Positions 1 to 10,100 of a stretch of DNA of 64,000 bases are shown in pieces. Every line of letters starts with the position of its first letter. The first letter of the stretch is position 1. Under the pieces are notes generated by a model. That model was not told the DNA's origin. It worked only from the letters and a program-made list of their open reading frames with translations, and ran no database searches. This DNA is from an uncultured virus (IMG/VR IMGVR_UViG_3300034374_009411) (taxonomy: Duplodnaviria; Heunggongvirae; Uroviricota; Caudoviricetes). A program made the translations under genes and the position numbers. The DNA lies in IMG/VR virus record IMGVR_UViG_3300034374_009411; one strand, 5' to 3'.

Positions 1-432
1 AGATGCTTTGTTCCAGGTCAAAACACCTTGCTGCAACCAGCGAGGTAAATTCTCATATGCGGTTTGCAATCTATCTAATAGATCTTTAGCAGTAGATGCC
101 TTGTTAGCAAGAATTGCAATATTTACATTATCATTAAAAATTGCATAATAAAGTAGATAAGATACAACAATAGTTGATTTACCAGACTGTCTTGGTAGTT
201 TGCATATATTAAATCTATTATTATGAAAACGATCAAGCATCACCTCTTGGAATGGATATGGATTAAACAACTGTAATCCATAGTCCAGGGTAACAATATT
301 AATATAGTTTTTGGCAAAATATACTGGATCATCAATACATTTTGCAAACTCTATAACTTGATTTTCAGTAAACCCTTGAGATGTATTTGCTTTTTTTAGC
401 AGTGGATTACCAAGATAATGATCAACAGCCAT
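1..432 (-). CDS. gp17: Terminase large subunit, N-terminal part (runs off the window start)
   Basis: Not in the ORF track; hand translation from ATG at 432 gives MAVDHYLGNPLLKKAN...DPVYFAKNY...KLPRQSGKST...AILANK...YENLPRWLQQG, typical T4 gp17 ATPase motifs; lies downstream of gp16. Confidence 0.95.
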   Translation of the reverse strand, partial: MAVDHYLGNPLLKKANTSQGFTENQVIEFAKCIDDPVYFAKNYINIVTLDYGLQLFNPYPFQEVMLDRFHNNRFNICKLPRQSGKSTIVVSYLLYYAIFNDNVNIAILANKASTAKDLLDRLQTAYENLPRWLQQGVLTWNKAS

Positions 433-440
433 AAATTAAC

Positions 441-710
441 TCAATAAATTGCGATTCCTACAGCATCAATTGTTCCAGATGCAGTTTTAAATAAATCTGT
501 TGGATCTTTTCTTAGTGTTACTTCTTTAGCTTCTGCTACCGCACTAATTGGATATCTTCCAATCTCAGTTCCTTCAGAATCTTCTCTAATAATAGTTGTA
601 GAAGTTAACCCACTAGTGCTTATTTGGAAAAAAGTAATTTCTGTCTGACCATCAAAGTCAGTTCCAGCAGTTCCAACTGTAACAATACCAGTTTTTATTT
701 TAATAGACAT
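441..710 (-). CDS. Hypothetical protein, probably late/virion
   Basis: 89-aa ORF preceded by the late promoter GATAAATA. Confidence 0.75.
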   Translation of the reverse strand: MSIKIKTGIVTVGTAGTDFDGQTEITFFQISTSGLTSTTIIREDSEGTEIGRYPISAVAEAKEVTLRKDPTDLFKTASGTIDAVGIAIY

Positions 711-730
711 TTTTTAGAAAACCTTTTTTA

Positions 731-738
731 TATTTATC
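731..738 (-). promoter_or_regulatory. T4-type late promoter GATAAATA
   Basis: tatttatc on the + strand, about 20 nt upstream of the ATG at 710. Confidence 0.7.
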
Positions 739-1473
739 TTATAACTCGTTCTTGATTAGTAATATATCAAATGCCGCAGTAAAACGACCATTATTACTTC
801 TAGTAGATAGGCGGACATCAATATCGGTTTTTTCTGGCATTTCTTGTGGAAACGAAAACTTGTAAGTATATTCTCCACCACCAGTAACTTCAAATGTATG
901 TCCAACTCTAAAAATTGTAGCAACTGAATTGTATCTTACATACATCCATCCAGTAGCATCAGCACCCTCCTGTGCAGTAGCAACACCCTGATAGAGATAT
1001 CCAGTATATCCTGCGGGTACTGTATAAACTGCCATCAGAGTTTGTCCCGCATCAGCAAGAATACGAAGAACTTGTGTGCCACCTCTGGAAAAGTTGAGTT
1101 CTCCTACATTGGCTCCAGCACCACTAGAAACATAGCCACGATATACTCTCTTAAATGTCTTAGTTCCTGTAACTGTACCAGCACTAGAGAGAGTAAATTC
1201 TTCTGAAATTAATTCAAAATTTTCATCAAGACCTTCAATAGTTACGACTTTACCATTATCATCTGCACCGACTTGTGCTCCTACAAGAACTCCAGGAGTA
1301 TCAAACGCACTCCAAGGATAAAGTGTATCTTCCTTGTCCCATATAGATGCAGTTGTATTGTTTGATTGTGAAGGAGTTGCACCGAACTTGTGGATCTGTG
1401 ATGCACCTCTTACTTTTCCACGGGCAACGTTAAGATCAAACTGTTCGTCCCAGATATAATTACGAAATCCCAT
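739..1473 (-). CDS. Hypothetical beta-rich protein, probably structural
   Basis: 244-aa ORF; start overlaps the previous stop (TAATG); Gly/Thr/Val-rich. Confidence 0.8.
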   Translation of the reverse strand: MGFRNYIWDEQFDLNVARGKVRGASQIHKFGATPSQSNNTTASIWDKEDTLYPWSAFDTPGVLVGAQVGADDNGKVVTIEGLDENFELISEEFTLSSAGTVTGTKTFKRVYRGYVSSGAGANVGELNFSRGGTQVLRILADAGQTLMAVYTVPAGYTGYLYQGVATAQEGADATGWMYVRYNSVATIFRVGHTFEVTGGGEYTYKFSFPQEMPEKTDIDVRLSTRSNNGRFTAAFDILLIKNEL

Positions 1474-1967
1474 TATCTACAATTCCAACGTCTCAATGCT
1501 TTATTTATTCTAGAATCTGGATCTCTTGCTGTTTTAGAAGAAGTTCGTTTGGATTTCATACCTTTCATTCTACTACAAAACGAAGAACGACGCTTTTTTC
1601 TTTTACCTTCTGGATTTTTCTCTGTTACAGCAGTTTGTAATTTTGAACCTGGATTTTCTTGGCGATATTTTTTTACCGTATCTTTGCTCATACCATCAGT
1701 TCTGTCTTTGCGATTTGCTGATTGCCAATCTTCATCAATCCAAGATAATGTTCCATGATTGTAGTGCTTTGCACTAGTAATGGTAACTGTACCTTTAGGT
1801 GTAGATGGATATACGTTTTGAACTACTGCTCCAGGATACTCATTTTGAAGTTGTTCACCAAGTTCTTTTCTTGATGGTAAATCTCCATTCTCTATAACCA
1901 TTTCCATATTATAGAGTCTTCCTCTCCAAAGAACGTCGGCGGTAAAATGTTCACCGACGTTATCTAC
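1473..1967 (-). CDS. C-terminal extension of the polyprotein, probably reached by -1 frameshift; ends in a basic module (DUF6321-like)
   Basis: Track ORF is 1473..1907, but the frame stays open 20 codons further up to the slippery site and encodes VDNVGEHFTADVLWRGRLYN; C-terminus RRSSFCSRMKG...DPDSRINKALRRWNC. Confidence 0.75.
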   Translation of the reverse strand, partial: VDNVGEHFTADVLWRGRLYNMEMVIENGDLPSRKELGEQLQNEYPGAVVQNVYPSTPKGTVTITSAKHYNHGTLSWIDEDWQSANRKDRTDGMSKDTVKKYRQENPGSKLQTAVTEKNPEGKRKKRRSSFCSRMKGMKSKRTSSKTARDPDSRINKALRRWNCR

Positions 1968-1987
1968 TTTTTTGGCAGATCTCCTCC
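1932..1987 (-). promoter_or_regulatory. Candidate programmed -1 ribosomal frameshift signal
   Basis: Minus strand: GGAGG (1983-1987), 9 nt, A_AAA_AAG (1973-1967), UAG in a 5-nt spacer, hairpin AACGUCGG...CCGACGUU (1961-1932). Confidence 0.8.
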
Positions 1988-3253
1988 AATAACAATTGTA
2001 CCAACACTGCCTCCAGAGATATTAACATCTTCTTTTACACAATTAGGAACTACTTTACCATTCTTTTTCTTGGTTCCCTTTGCCTTGTAACCATCCCAGC
2101 ACTTGCTAGCACCAACGTTGGCGCGTGCTGTTGCCATTTTACCCTCAACATTAAGAGTTTCTGGATAATTTTTATCACCTGGCTTTCTTTTGGGTTTTCC
2201 TGCTTTACGTCTCGCATGAATGTTGTCCCAAAGACCTTTCTTCTCCTCAATTTCTATATCATCACTCTTTGAACACTCACAAGGTGTCTTTTTACATTTG
2301 CCGCATTCTTCTTTAAGTTCTACTTCTTCTTTAGTAGTAACTTTAAATAATGGGGAATCAAAATTTGCATGATTGCTAGGAAGATCTGAAGTAGAGAACT
2401 GAAGAACTCTTCCTCCAGGATAAACCTTCTCAATTTCTGCTTGAATATCTTTCTTTGTAGGTAACTTTGCTTGTGGGAAGAACATTCTTAGATATTGTGA
2501 ACGTCCCCTCCAACTAACAATGACTGATAGCAAATGACCAAACTCTGAAGGTAGTCTAACTGCCTCTTCTAGTTCAACTTCCTCATTCTGACGCTCTGCT
2601 TCTAACTTAGCAGCAATCGCCATTTGGCGGATTTTTTCATCAGACTTACCTTTAAATTGAGGTTTTTTAGACTTACGAAAATCTTTAATTACATCTCCCA
2701 TGTCTGCTTTTGCAAGATCCATACCTTCTTTTGTTGTATATCCTGCTACAGCATCTGTATTATGCTCAGTATCAGTAAGTTTTGCTTGCATCCAGGCAGG
2801 AAGATTTTTTTCCTTTTTACCAATACTCTTCTTAACTTTCTTTAAGTTTTCTTGGGATTTACTAATCTGTTTATGTGCCATGGACACTTCATGATCTTTT
2901 TCTTCTCTCTGTGAGAGTAAAGATTCTGGTGTAATTAAGTCAATAAATTCTACAAATTTGTTACCAAAAGCATCTTCAATTGTAACTGATTCATCAACAT
3001 TTGGAATTGGTTTGCAACAGTTTTCTTCAGAGCACCAATAGTGCCCATCACTACACCTCTCCTCTCCAAGAATTTTATCTACTAATTTTATTTCTTCTTT
3101 CTTAATAGTTGGTAGTCCAACCTTCATAGAAGGACGCAATTTTTTATCGGCAACTTTTCTTTCATTTTCATTTGGAGAATCCTTCATAGCAGCAATTCTA
3201 TTCTGCTTTCTTGCTGAAGAATGTGCTTTAGTATCTATATTAAAACTGGCCAT
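1964..3253 (-). CDS. Modular Lys/Glu-rich polyprotein, putative internal head protein precursor
   Basis: 429 aa; short modules separated by (I/L/V)-x-E linkers; late promoter upstream; lies between gp16 and gp17. Confidence 0.7.
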   Translation of the reverse strand: MASFNIDTKAHSSARKQNRIAAMKDSPNENERKVADKKLRPSMKVGLPTIKKEEIKLVDKILGEERCSDGHYWCSEENCCKPIPNVDESVTIEDAFGNKFVEFIDLITPESLLSQREEKDHEVSMAHKQISKSQENLKKVKKSIGKKEKNLPAWMQAKLTDTEHNTDAVAGYTTKEGMDLAKADMGDVIKDFRKSKKPQFKGKSDEKIRQMAIAAKLEAERQNEEVELEEAVRLPSEFGHLLSVIVSWRGRSQYLRMFFPQAKLPTKKDIQAEIEKVYPGGRVLQFSTSDLPSNHANFDSPLFKVTTKEEVELKEECGKCKKTPCECSKSDDIEIEEKKGLWDNIHARRKAGKPKRKPGDKNYPETLNVEGKMATARANVGASKCWDGYKAKGTKKKNGKVVPNCVKEDVNISGGSVGTIVIGGDLPKK

Positions 3254-3274
3254 TATCCAAAAGAGTGCTTTTTA

Positions 3275-3703
3275 CTATTTATCGTTTAGTCGCTTTTGAT
3301 TTTTTAAATATTTAGATAACTCATCTGTAGATCCAAAAAATACTGCATTGTTAGTAACATTTGTTGTCTTCCCTTTGGGATTTTCCTCATCAAGTTCTTT
3401 CATCTTCTTTTGAAGATCTACTATTTTGTCCGTCGCATCTGATACATTTTTAATTAATTGTGCAACAACTTCATATGCTCTTGGTTGTCCACCATCAACA
3501 GCAATTTCTAAAGCACTATCAAGTGCTTCTTGACCCTTTTCTATAATTGAATATAAATTTCCTCTGGTATATTCATAATCTTTAGTAATATCTTCATTAG
3601 GATCTTTTATAGGAACTATTTTATCTTTTCTTTCTTTTTTTCTCTCTACTATATCAGCATCAACGTTAAAAGTTGAATTTAAGTCATCGAAGTGTTCTTT
3701 CAT
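3275..3703 (-). CDS. gp16: Terminase small subunit
   Basis: DYEYTRGNLY...PRAYEV...TNNAVFFGSTDEL motifs; synteny gp15-gp16-gp17. Confidence 0.95.
   Translation of the reverse strand: MKEHFDDLNSTFNVDADIVERKKERKDKIVPIKDPNEDITKDYEYTRGNLYSIIEKGQEALDSALEIAVDGGQPRAYEVVAQLIKNVSDATDKIVDLQKKMKELDEENPKGKTTNVTNNAVFFGSTDELSKYLKNQKRLNDK
3276..3283 (-). promoter_or_regulatory. T4-type late promoter GATAAATA
   Basis: tatttatc about 22 nt upstream of the ATG at 3253. Confidence 0.7.
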
Positions 3704-3708
3704 GATTT

Positions 3709-4698
3709 TTACCCACTAAAACCAAAGTCATCACCAGCACTGATTAAATTATTATCAGACTCATCTATTCCATATATTGCGCTACCACCAACATGCTCAG
3801 CTGCTACTGTATTGTAAGCAGCTCTTGTGACTGTAATTTCATTACCATTTACTGATCTAACATAAATTGTTTCCTCGTCAATTGTTATATAAGTATCTGC
3901 TGCTATTTGGGATCCATCTTCAACATCAAGAATGGTAGCATCTGGTAAAGTATCTATATTTAATGTTGTTTTAACTATTCCTGTATAATTTTTAGTTGCT
4001 ACTGGTTTCTTATAAATTAGATTTCTTGCTCCTGCACCAGAAGTATCTGCACCAGCAAGACCAATAGATACGCTCTTGATAACATCTCTGGTAGAATCTT
4101 TAACAGGACCAAACAAGTATGTTTTAGCTGTAAACTTCAACGTATAAAGTAAAACTCTTCTTGTTGTGAAATCTCCTTCATAATTATCTTCAAAATTAAC
4201 AGATTCTAAAGTTATAGGAACATCTCTTTTCTCACCAATTGTATCCACCAAATCTATAGTCAATGTATAATTTGGTTGAAAGTATGGAAGTATTTGTTCA
4301 ACTATTTGTAAAGCATCGTCATTTAATAATGTCATTATAGACAACTCAAAGTCCATATTGTATGGTACAGGAAAATATACTTTTTTAATATCAGTCTTAT
4401 CTGATTTTAGTGTAGTTGTAAAGTGTTGAGTTCCTGCTAATTTTCTACCAGTATCATAAGATATTCCTGTAAATTCAAATGACATTCTAGGAAGACTCAT
4501 TTGAACTGGTTTATTTAAATTTGCTTGCTGCTCAATCCTAGCAAGAAATTTTTGAGTGGGTCCATATGCTAATGGAACTTCAATTACTTCTTCTGCTACC
4601 CCATCAGTAGATTCTCTTTTAATTTTTATATTATTAAAAAGAGTTCCAAAAGATATTACAGTTTTTCTGAATATTTGGTGGTAAAAATGATCAAACAT
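3709..4698 (-). CDS. gp15: Tail sheath stabilizer / tail terminator with C-terminal extension
   Basis: FYHQIFRK...FGTLFNNI...VPLAYGP...LPRMSFE...QIVEQILPYFQP. Confidence 0.95.
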   Translation of the reverse strand: MFDHFYHQIFRKTVISFGTLFNNIKIKRESTDGVAEEVIEVPLAYGPTQKFLARIEQQANLNKPVQMSLPRMSFEFTGISYDTGRKLAGTQHFTTTLKSDKTDIKKVYFPVPYNMDFELSIMTLLNDDALQIVEQILPYFQPNYTLTIDLVDTIGEKRDVPITLESVNFEDNYEGDFTTRRVLLYTLKFTAKTYLFGPVKDSTRDVIKSVSIGLAGADTSGAGARNLIYKKPVATKNYTGIVKTTLNIDTLPDATILDVEDGSQIAADTYITIDEETIYVRSVNGNEITVTRAAYNTVAAEHVGGSAIYGIDESDNNLISAGDDFGFSG

Positions 4699-4710
4699 GG
4701 CTTTATTTTT

Positions 4711-6102
4711 TTAAGGATTTCCGAAAGGATTTGACTCACTAAAATCTAGTATGTTATCTGCTTCGATTTCAATAGTTTTGTTTTGTTTGAATTTATCTTC
4801 AATTTCAATATCATTATTTAGAATAGTATACTGTGCTCCACTTTCAGATCCAGTTAAAATCTCTCCATCAATAAATGTTCCCAATATGTTGCCCAAGGTT
4901 AAGACCTTGTTAATAGTATCCCAAGATTTTACTCTTGCAGTAGAACTGTTTGCAGATCCAACAACAACTTCATTGAATATAAATTTACCAGTTCCTATTA
5001 CTACATCAGGAGGATCTATAACAACAGTAGGAACTTCAGCATAGTTGTTTCCACTATCATGAATTACAATAGAGGTAACTATTCCAGATTCACTAATCAA
5101 TGCTGATGCTACAGCAGGAATAAATCCAGTCAATCCTGCCCCAACAAATGTAACATTAGGTGCTTCATAATAACCACTACCTCCACCAGTAATTGTTACT
5201 ACACCTACAGCATTATTTGCAATTTTACATACTCCATATGCTCCACTTCCACCACCTCCAGTAAATGTTATACGAGGAGTCACTGTATATCCATATCCAG
5301 GGTTTATAATATCTACTGCTTGAACTCTTAAAGACTCTTCAGATGTATCACATAGATCAACAATTCCAGAAATCATAGATGCAATTCCAACAGCAGTTAA
5401 TCCATTATCTGGTGCAGAAGTAATTGCGACTCTTGGAGATTCAAAATATCCAGAACCTCTATTTGATATTGAAACAGTTCTTATTGCACCATCCACTAAA
5501 CCAGTAAATGCTGTTGCAGTAGTTCCAACTCCAACCATTTGAAGTTTTTGTAAAAATCCTTCTTCCTCTATATTATCATCAATTTCATCTACACCCGTAG
5601 CAATAATTTCATCATTATAAACATATAGCTCACATTTTAATTCATAAACATAGTTTTTTTGTAATTGATAAAAAGGTTTTTCATGTTCTACATATTTTAT
5701 TTCGAATAATTTATCACCCAATGGAAAATAAATTAAGTCCCCCTCTTTGGGTCTCTCTGTTAATTTTGTATTCTCTATGGGTTCAATAATGGGTCGTATT
5801 CCCAACTCATACCTTTCTTTTGATATTATTAGTGTTAAATCATCTACTTCTTGAACACCAAATTTTGATAGTAAAGTTCCTGCTCCACCAAAACCTTCAT
5901 ATGTATCTACATATGCTTCAATAGGAATAGCAACAGTAAATTCTGATCTAGAGACTTCTTCTAATATAGTTTTTTCATTTACAAATATTCTTGGAATGTA
6001 ATAAATTTCTATCCCAAACATCTTAATGTGCTCGTTTACAAGGTCTTGAACTAAACCTTGTTCTCCAGAAGATCCGTGTAGAAAAAATGGATTTAATGGC
6101 AT
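4711..6102 (-). CDS. gp14: Neck protein with an internal Gly-rich beta-repeat insertion
   Basis: N-terminal ...YYIPR...SKFG...RPKEGDLIYFP...FYQL and C-terminal DFSESNPFG; insertion of GSGY repeats. Confidence 0.92.
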   Translation of the reverse strand: MPLNPFFLHGSSGEQGLVQDLVNEHIKMFGIEIYYIPRIFVNEKTILEEVSRSEFTVAIPIEAYVDTYEGFGGAGTLLSKFGVQEVDDLTLIISKERYELGIRPIIEPIENTKLTERPKEGDLIYFPLGDKLFEIKYVEHEKPFYQLQKNYVYELKCELYVYNDEIIATGVDEIDDNIEEEGFLQKLQMVGVGTTATAFTGLVDGAIRTVSISNRGSGYFESPRVAITSAPDNGLTAVGIASMISGIVDLCDTSEESLRVQAVDIINPGYGYTVTPRITFTGGGGSGAYGVCKIANNAVGVVTITGGGSGYYEAPNVTFVGAGLTGFIPAVASALISESGIVTSIVIHDSGNNYAEVPTVVIDPPDVVIGTGKFIFNEVVVGSANSSTARVKSWDTINKVLTLGNILGTFIDGEILTGSESGAQYTILNNDIEIEDKFKQNKTIEIEADNILDFSESNPFGNP

Positions 6103-6106
6103 AATA

Positions 6107-6946
6107 CTAACCTATCATATCGAACGGTGGTAATTCATAAGTAGAAGACATTTTCTCCATCAATGCAGCAATTTCTTTTTCTCCATCATCATACATTTGT
6201 CTTCCATTTAGTTCCACTCCTCCAGGTAATTTAACTCCTTGGAATTTTATGAGGTTTTGACCCCACTGCCTTTTAATTAATGCTGTTAAGTATGGTTTTA
6301 GAAAAGAATCATTCCATACTTGGGGAGAATCTGCTGGATCCAAAAGTCTATAACAATCAATAATCAAATATTGCCCAGGTCTAAGCATTCCCCAATCGAC
6401 ATCTAAATATAATCTATCTTGTCTCTGATTGTATCTTATTTGTTTTTTTGTACTTAGTAAAAAATCTATATCTTCAAGGTATCTTTTAACCATACTATAA
6501 CTTAAAAGTTCTATAGAACTCCAATTATAAACTTCATTTAAAAATAATTGATATTTTACACTAAACATTCCACTAGAAATTGAGTTAGCACCCTCAAAAT
6601 TCATAACTTTATTGATTCCCATAACATAATCTGGTATTTGTATATAATTACCAGTCTCAAAATAATTAAATGATGTTGGAGTCCCTGCAATAGTTGTATC
6701 AACAGTGGTAGTCGTAATTCCAACTCCCCCCATTGTTGCGGTTCCCCTATCAATATCTTCTTGAGTAACTTTATACTTTAAAAAAGTTTGAATAACCCCA
6801 TCAAAATGGCGCTCATAAAAAAACTGTAGCGCATCATCAACCAAATCTTCTATCTGTTCATCAGCAACATTGATTTCCAATACAGGATATCCAAGTTTCC
6901 TTTTACAATAATCAATTAATTCTGTTCTGGTTGTTGGTTTTGCCAT
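6107..6946 (-). CDS. gp13: Neck protein
   Basis: YCKRKLGYPVLEINV...KRQWGQNLIKF...LPGGVELNG. Confidence 0.95.
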   Translation of the reverse strand: MAKPTTRTELIDYCKRKLGYPVLEINVADEQIEDLVDDALQFFYERHFDGVIQTFLKYKVTQEDIDRGTATMGGVGITTTTVDTTIAGTPTSFNYFETGNYIQIPDYVMGINKVMNFEGANSISSGMFSVKYQLFLNEVYNWSSIELLSYSMVKRYLEDIDFLLSTKKQIRYNQRQDRLYLDVDWGMLRPGQYLIIDCYRLLDPADSPQVWNDSFLKPYLTALIKRQWGQNLIKFQGVKLPGGVELNGRQMYDDGEKEIAALMEKMSSTYELPPFDMIG

Positions 6947-6947
6947 T

Positions 6948-7181
6948 TTAGTTATTCTTGCTTAAGTTTAATAACAAACTTTTAATATCATTTATATCAT
7001 TCTTTAAACTATTTAAATCTGATTCTATTTTATTAATTCTAACAGAATCTCTTTCCTTCATTTTCCTTAATTTTATGTAGGTTTCATATCCAGATTTGTC
7101 TGTATTAATAATCCCGTTAGTGACAGTATCTCTAACGAGATTATTATGACCTTCTACCTTTAGTCTTTGATTATATTCCAT
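6948..7181 (-). CDS. Small coiled-coil hypothetical protein
   Basis: KVEGHNNLVRD..T.GIIN followed by a heptad-like C-terminus; tightly coupled to both neighbours. Confidence 0.8.
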   Translation of the reverse strand: MEYNQRLKVEGHNNLVRDTVTNGIINTDKSGYETYIKLRKMKERDSVRINKIESDLNSLKNDINDIKSLLLNLSKNN

Positions 7182-10100
7182 TATGCCAAAGCAATTACTC
7201 TAAGATCCTTTATCCTTGGTGGATTTGACTGACTTGTAGATGAACCAATAATTTTGATACTAAAATATCTAAACTCTGGAAGATCATCTGCAGTAAATGT
7301 ATAGTCATTAAATAATACATCATTAGTATTTGATGATAAAACATCAGTCTTAACAACTTTCTTATCTGATAAACCATCAGAAGCAGAAATATCAATCACA
7401 TTTCCATTCACATCCAAATTATTGTATCCTGGGAAGGGATAATAAACTGGATCATTTTCTGTAGTATTTGAGATCGAATAAAATACTCTAACATCATTAA
7501 ATATATTTACATGTGCAGAAAGTAGAACTTTTAAAGAAGTTGCTGGATTTTCCAATTCAACTGGTAAGTTACAATAAATGAATTCATTAGGATCAGAGTT
7601 TAAAGTAGAAGTTCTTGGATCATTTACATAGTCAGTTATTGGGGCATTTACCCTATTTGATGTTAGAATAACACCTATTCTATCAAGATCAACTACTGGA
7701 GAAACTCTAATATCAGCAGAAGATAGACTTAGCTCTAATTCTAATGATTTATTTGAAATTAAATTTGTATTATGAATGGATTCATTGACCGTTGATGTTA
7801 TTAATCTTGGTTCTGTAAAATAATTAGTTTCATCTAAGGTAATGTCTACTATTGGACTTTCTAAGAACGATACTTCATTACCATCTACACTAGTTCCTGT
7901 TATACTCTTAAGTTTTGCCGTTACATTAGTTTCTGGCAGAACTAAAGTTTGTACAATAGGTCTCATTGATTCATACTGTATATTTTGAGTTGCATTTACA
8001 AGCTCACCACCATCAGATTTTGACTTACGAATGTAAAGTTTCTGTACACTTGGATCAGAATCTCTATTGATACCATTTTGAGATGTATCTAGTTTTATGT
8101 AATAAAAATCAAAACCTATAGATCTTGGAACAAGTGCATCTTGTAGATAATGTAGTTTGTTTATTCTCCTTAAAGAAATACCATTATTTTCATATTTAAA
8201 TACCGTAGTTTCTTCTGGATATGATATTGATTGTGTATTATCAATTTGCCTTGTAATTCCAGTTAAAGTTCCATTTGATATTCCAGTGTATGAAATAATC
8301 TCATCATTTATTAGAATGTACCCAGGATTTGTTGCACTAACTTCAATATTTTCAAATGTTGTGAAGTTTGTTGTGCTAGCAATACTAACAGGACCAGAGT
8401 CCGAGAAAGTATATTCTGCAGTCAGTGAAGTTGGTTCTATATCAGATCCTACTTCTGATAACTGGACAACATTTGTTTTAGAATGCATTGCATGGTTTTT
8501 ATGATTTACTTTAATATGTAAACCATCTTCAAATGGAGATGAAATCTCTATGTTTGAAATGACAGAATCTGCTCCACCAGTATCAAAAATAGTAGTGGTT
8601 ATTCCTAAAGAATTATCATATAGTAATGATTTTGATGTGTTATTCTCAAAATTACCCTGAACATTATCCACTACTAATTGATTAATTCCATTAATATTGG
8701 ATATAGTAAATTGTGCATTTTTTCCTAAAGGTTGTGAACCAATACTATCAATAGTTACTACATCACCTTGCTGATATCCAAATCCACCCGAATTAATAGT
8801 TGCTGCAATTGCAACTCCATTTGTACTCCCATCAGCGCCTATAGTAATATCTGCTGTTGCATTTTTACCTAAACCACTTACCGATGTTAGAGATACTCCA
8901 TTAAATGTAAAAGAAGAACCATCTGATGGAGTATATCCAATTCCAGCATTTGTTATGGTTAATTGTCCAGAAGCAGATCCACCATATCCAACAACATCAC
9001 CCCTAACAAAACTATTGTTTTGTTGTTTAATAGTATTTCCAATATCTAAAGATGTAATATCTATCACATTTGTAGTTGTTATAATTACTTTTCTGGATTC
9101 AAATTCTAAAGGATCTGGAACCAAAGTAGCTATTTGATCATTACCCAAATCCAACCTTGGGTTAAAGAATGATATAGTTCCTGGGGAATCATTATTAAAT
9201 GTAGCAGCATATAGTCTAAACTTCAAATCTTCATATTGACTTGCAGTCCAGGTAGATCCATTTTGAGATTTAAATAGTGATCCCAAATCTGGTTGCTGCG
9301 AAACAAGAGTTTGTCTTGATTCTTCTTGAAGTAATGTTGATACGTCAATCTCTCCCATTTTTGAAATCCAAACAGTATAATCATTTGAATCACTTAATAA
9401 AACTATCGCATATTCTTTATTACCTTCCAAATATATTGGGGATGGGAAGAATACTTCAGTTACTGTTAAAGAATCTTCGGAAGTAAATACCTGTTGTGGA
9501 TTTATGACAACTTCAGAAAATGGACAAACTTCATTTGTTGGATACCCATTAACCATAGGTCTTAATTGAACTGTAACTGGTATTATTGGATCTTTAGTTC
9601 TAAAGAATAGATCAACACTAGTTACAAATATACCATTAGTTTCACTAACTAAAAATGATTGTGCTAAAGGATCCCTATTTCGAGTTGACCTAATTAGTTG
9701 TCTTGCGAATCTTCCTGCACTGGGTGGATTTCTTCTGGGTGGATTTCTTTGACCTCTACGTCCTTGGTTCGGTGCTGGAGCGGGACGCCCACGACCAGCA
9801 CTTACTGGTTGAGGAAAAACTTGTGGTCGTGGTGGCGGTGCTGGCGGTGGTGGTGGCGGCGGTGGCGGTGGATCTGGTATAAATCTTGATCTAGTTTCTT
9901 GGCTTCTATCTACTGCAGTAGTTACTTGAACATCTGGTACTGCTGGTCTTCTCTCTGTAGTATCTACAACTTCAAATCTTGGTTTTCGTGTAGATCTTAT
10001 AGTTTCTTGAACTGTATTCATAGTTCCAGAAGCAAAATATTGCTCTTCTCCAGAACTATCTACAAGTCCTCCAATTTTTGTATTAGTTGAACTATTTGTT

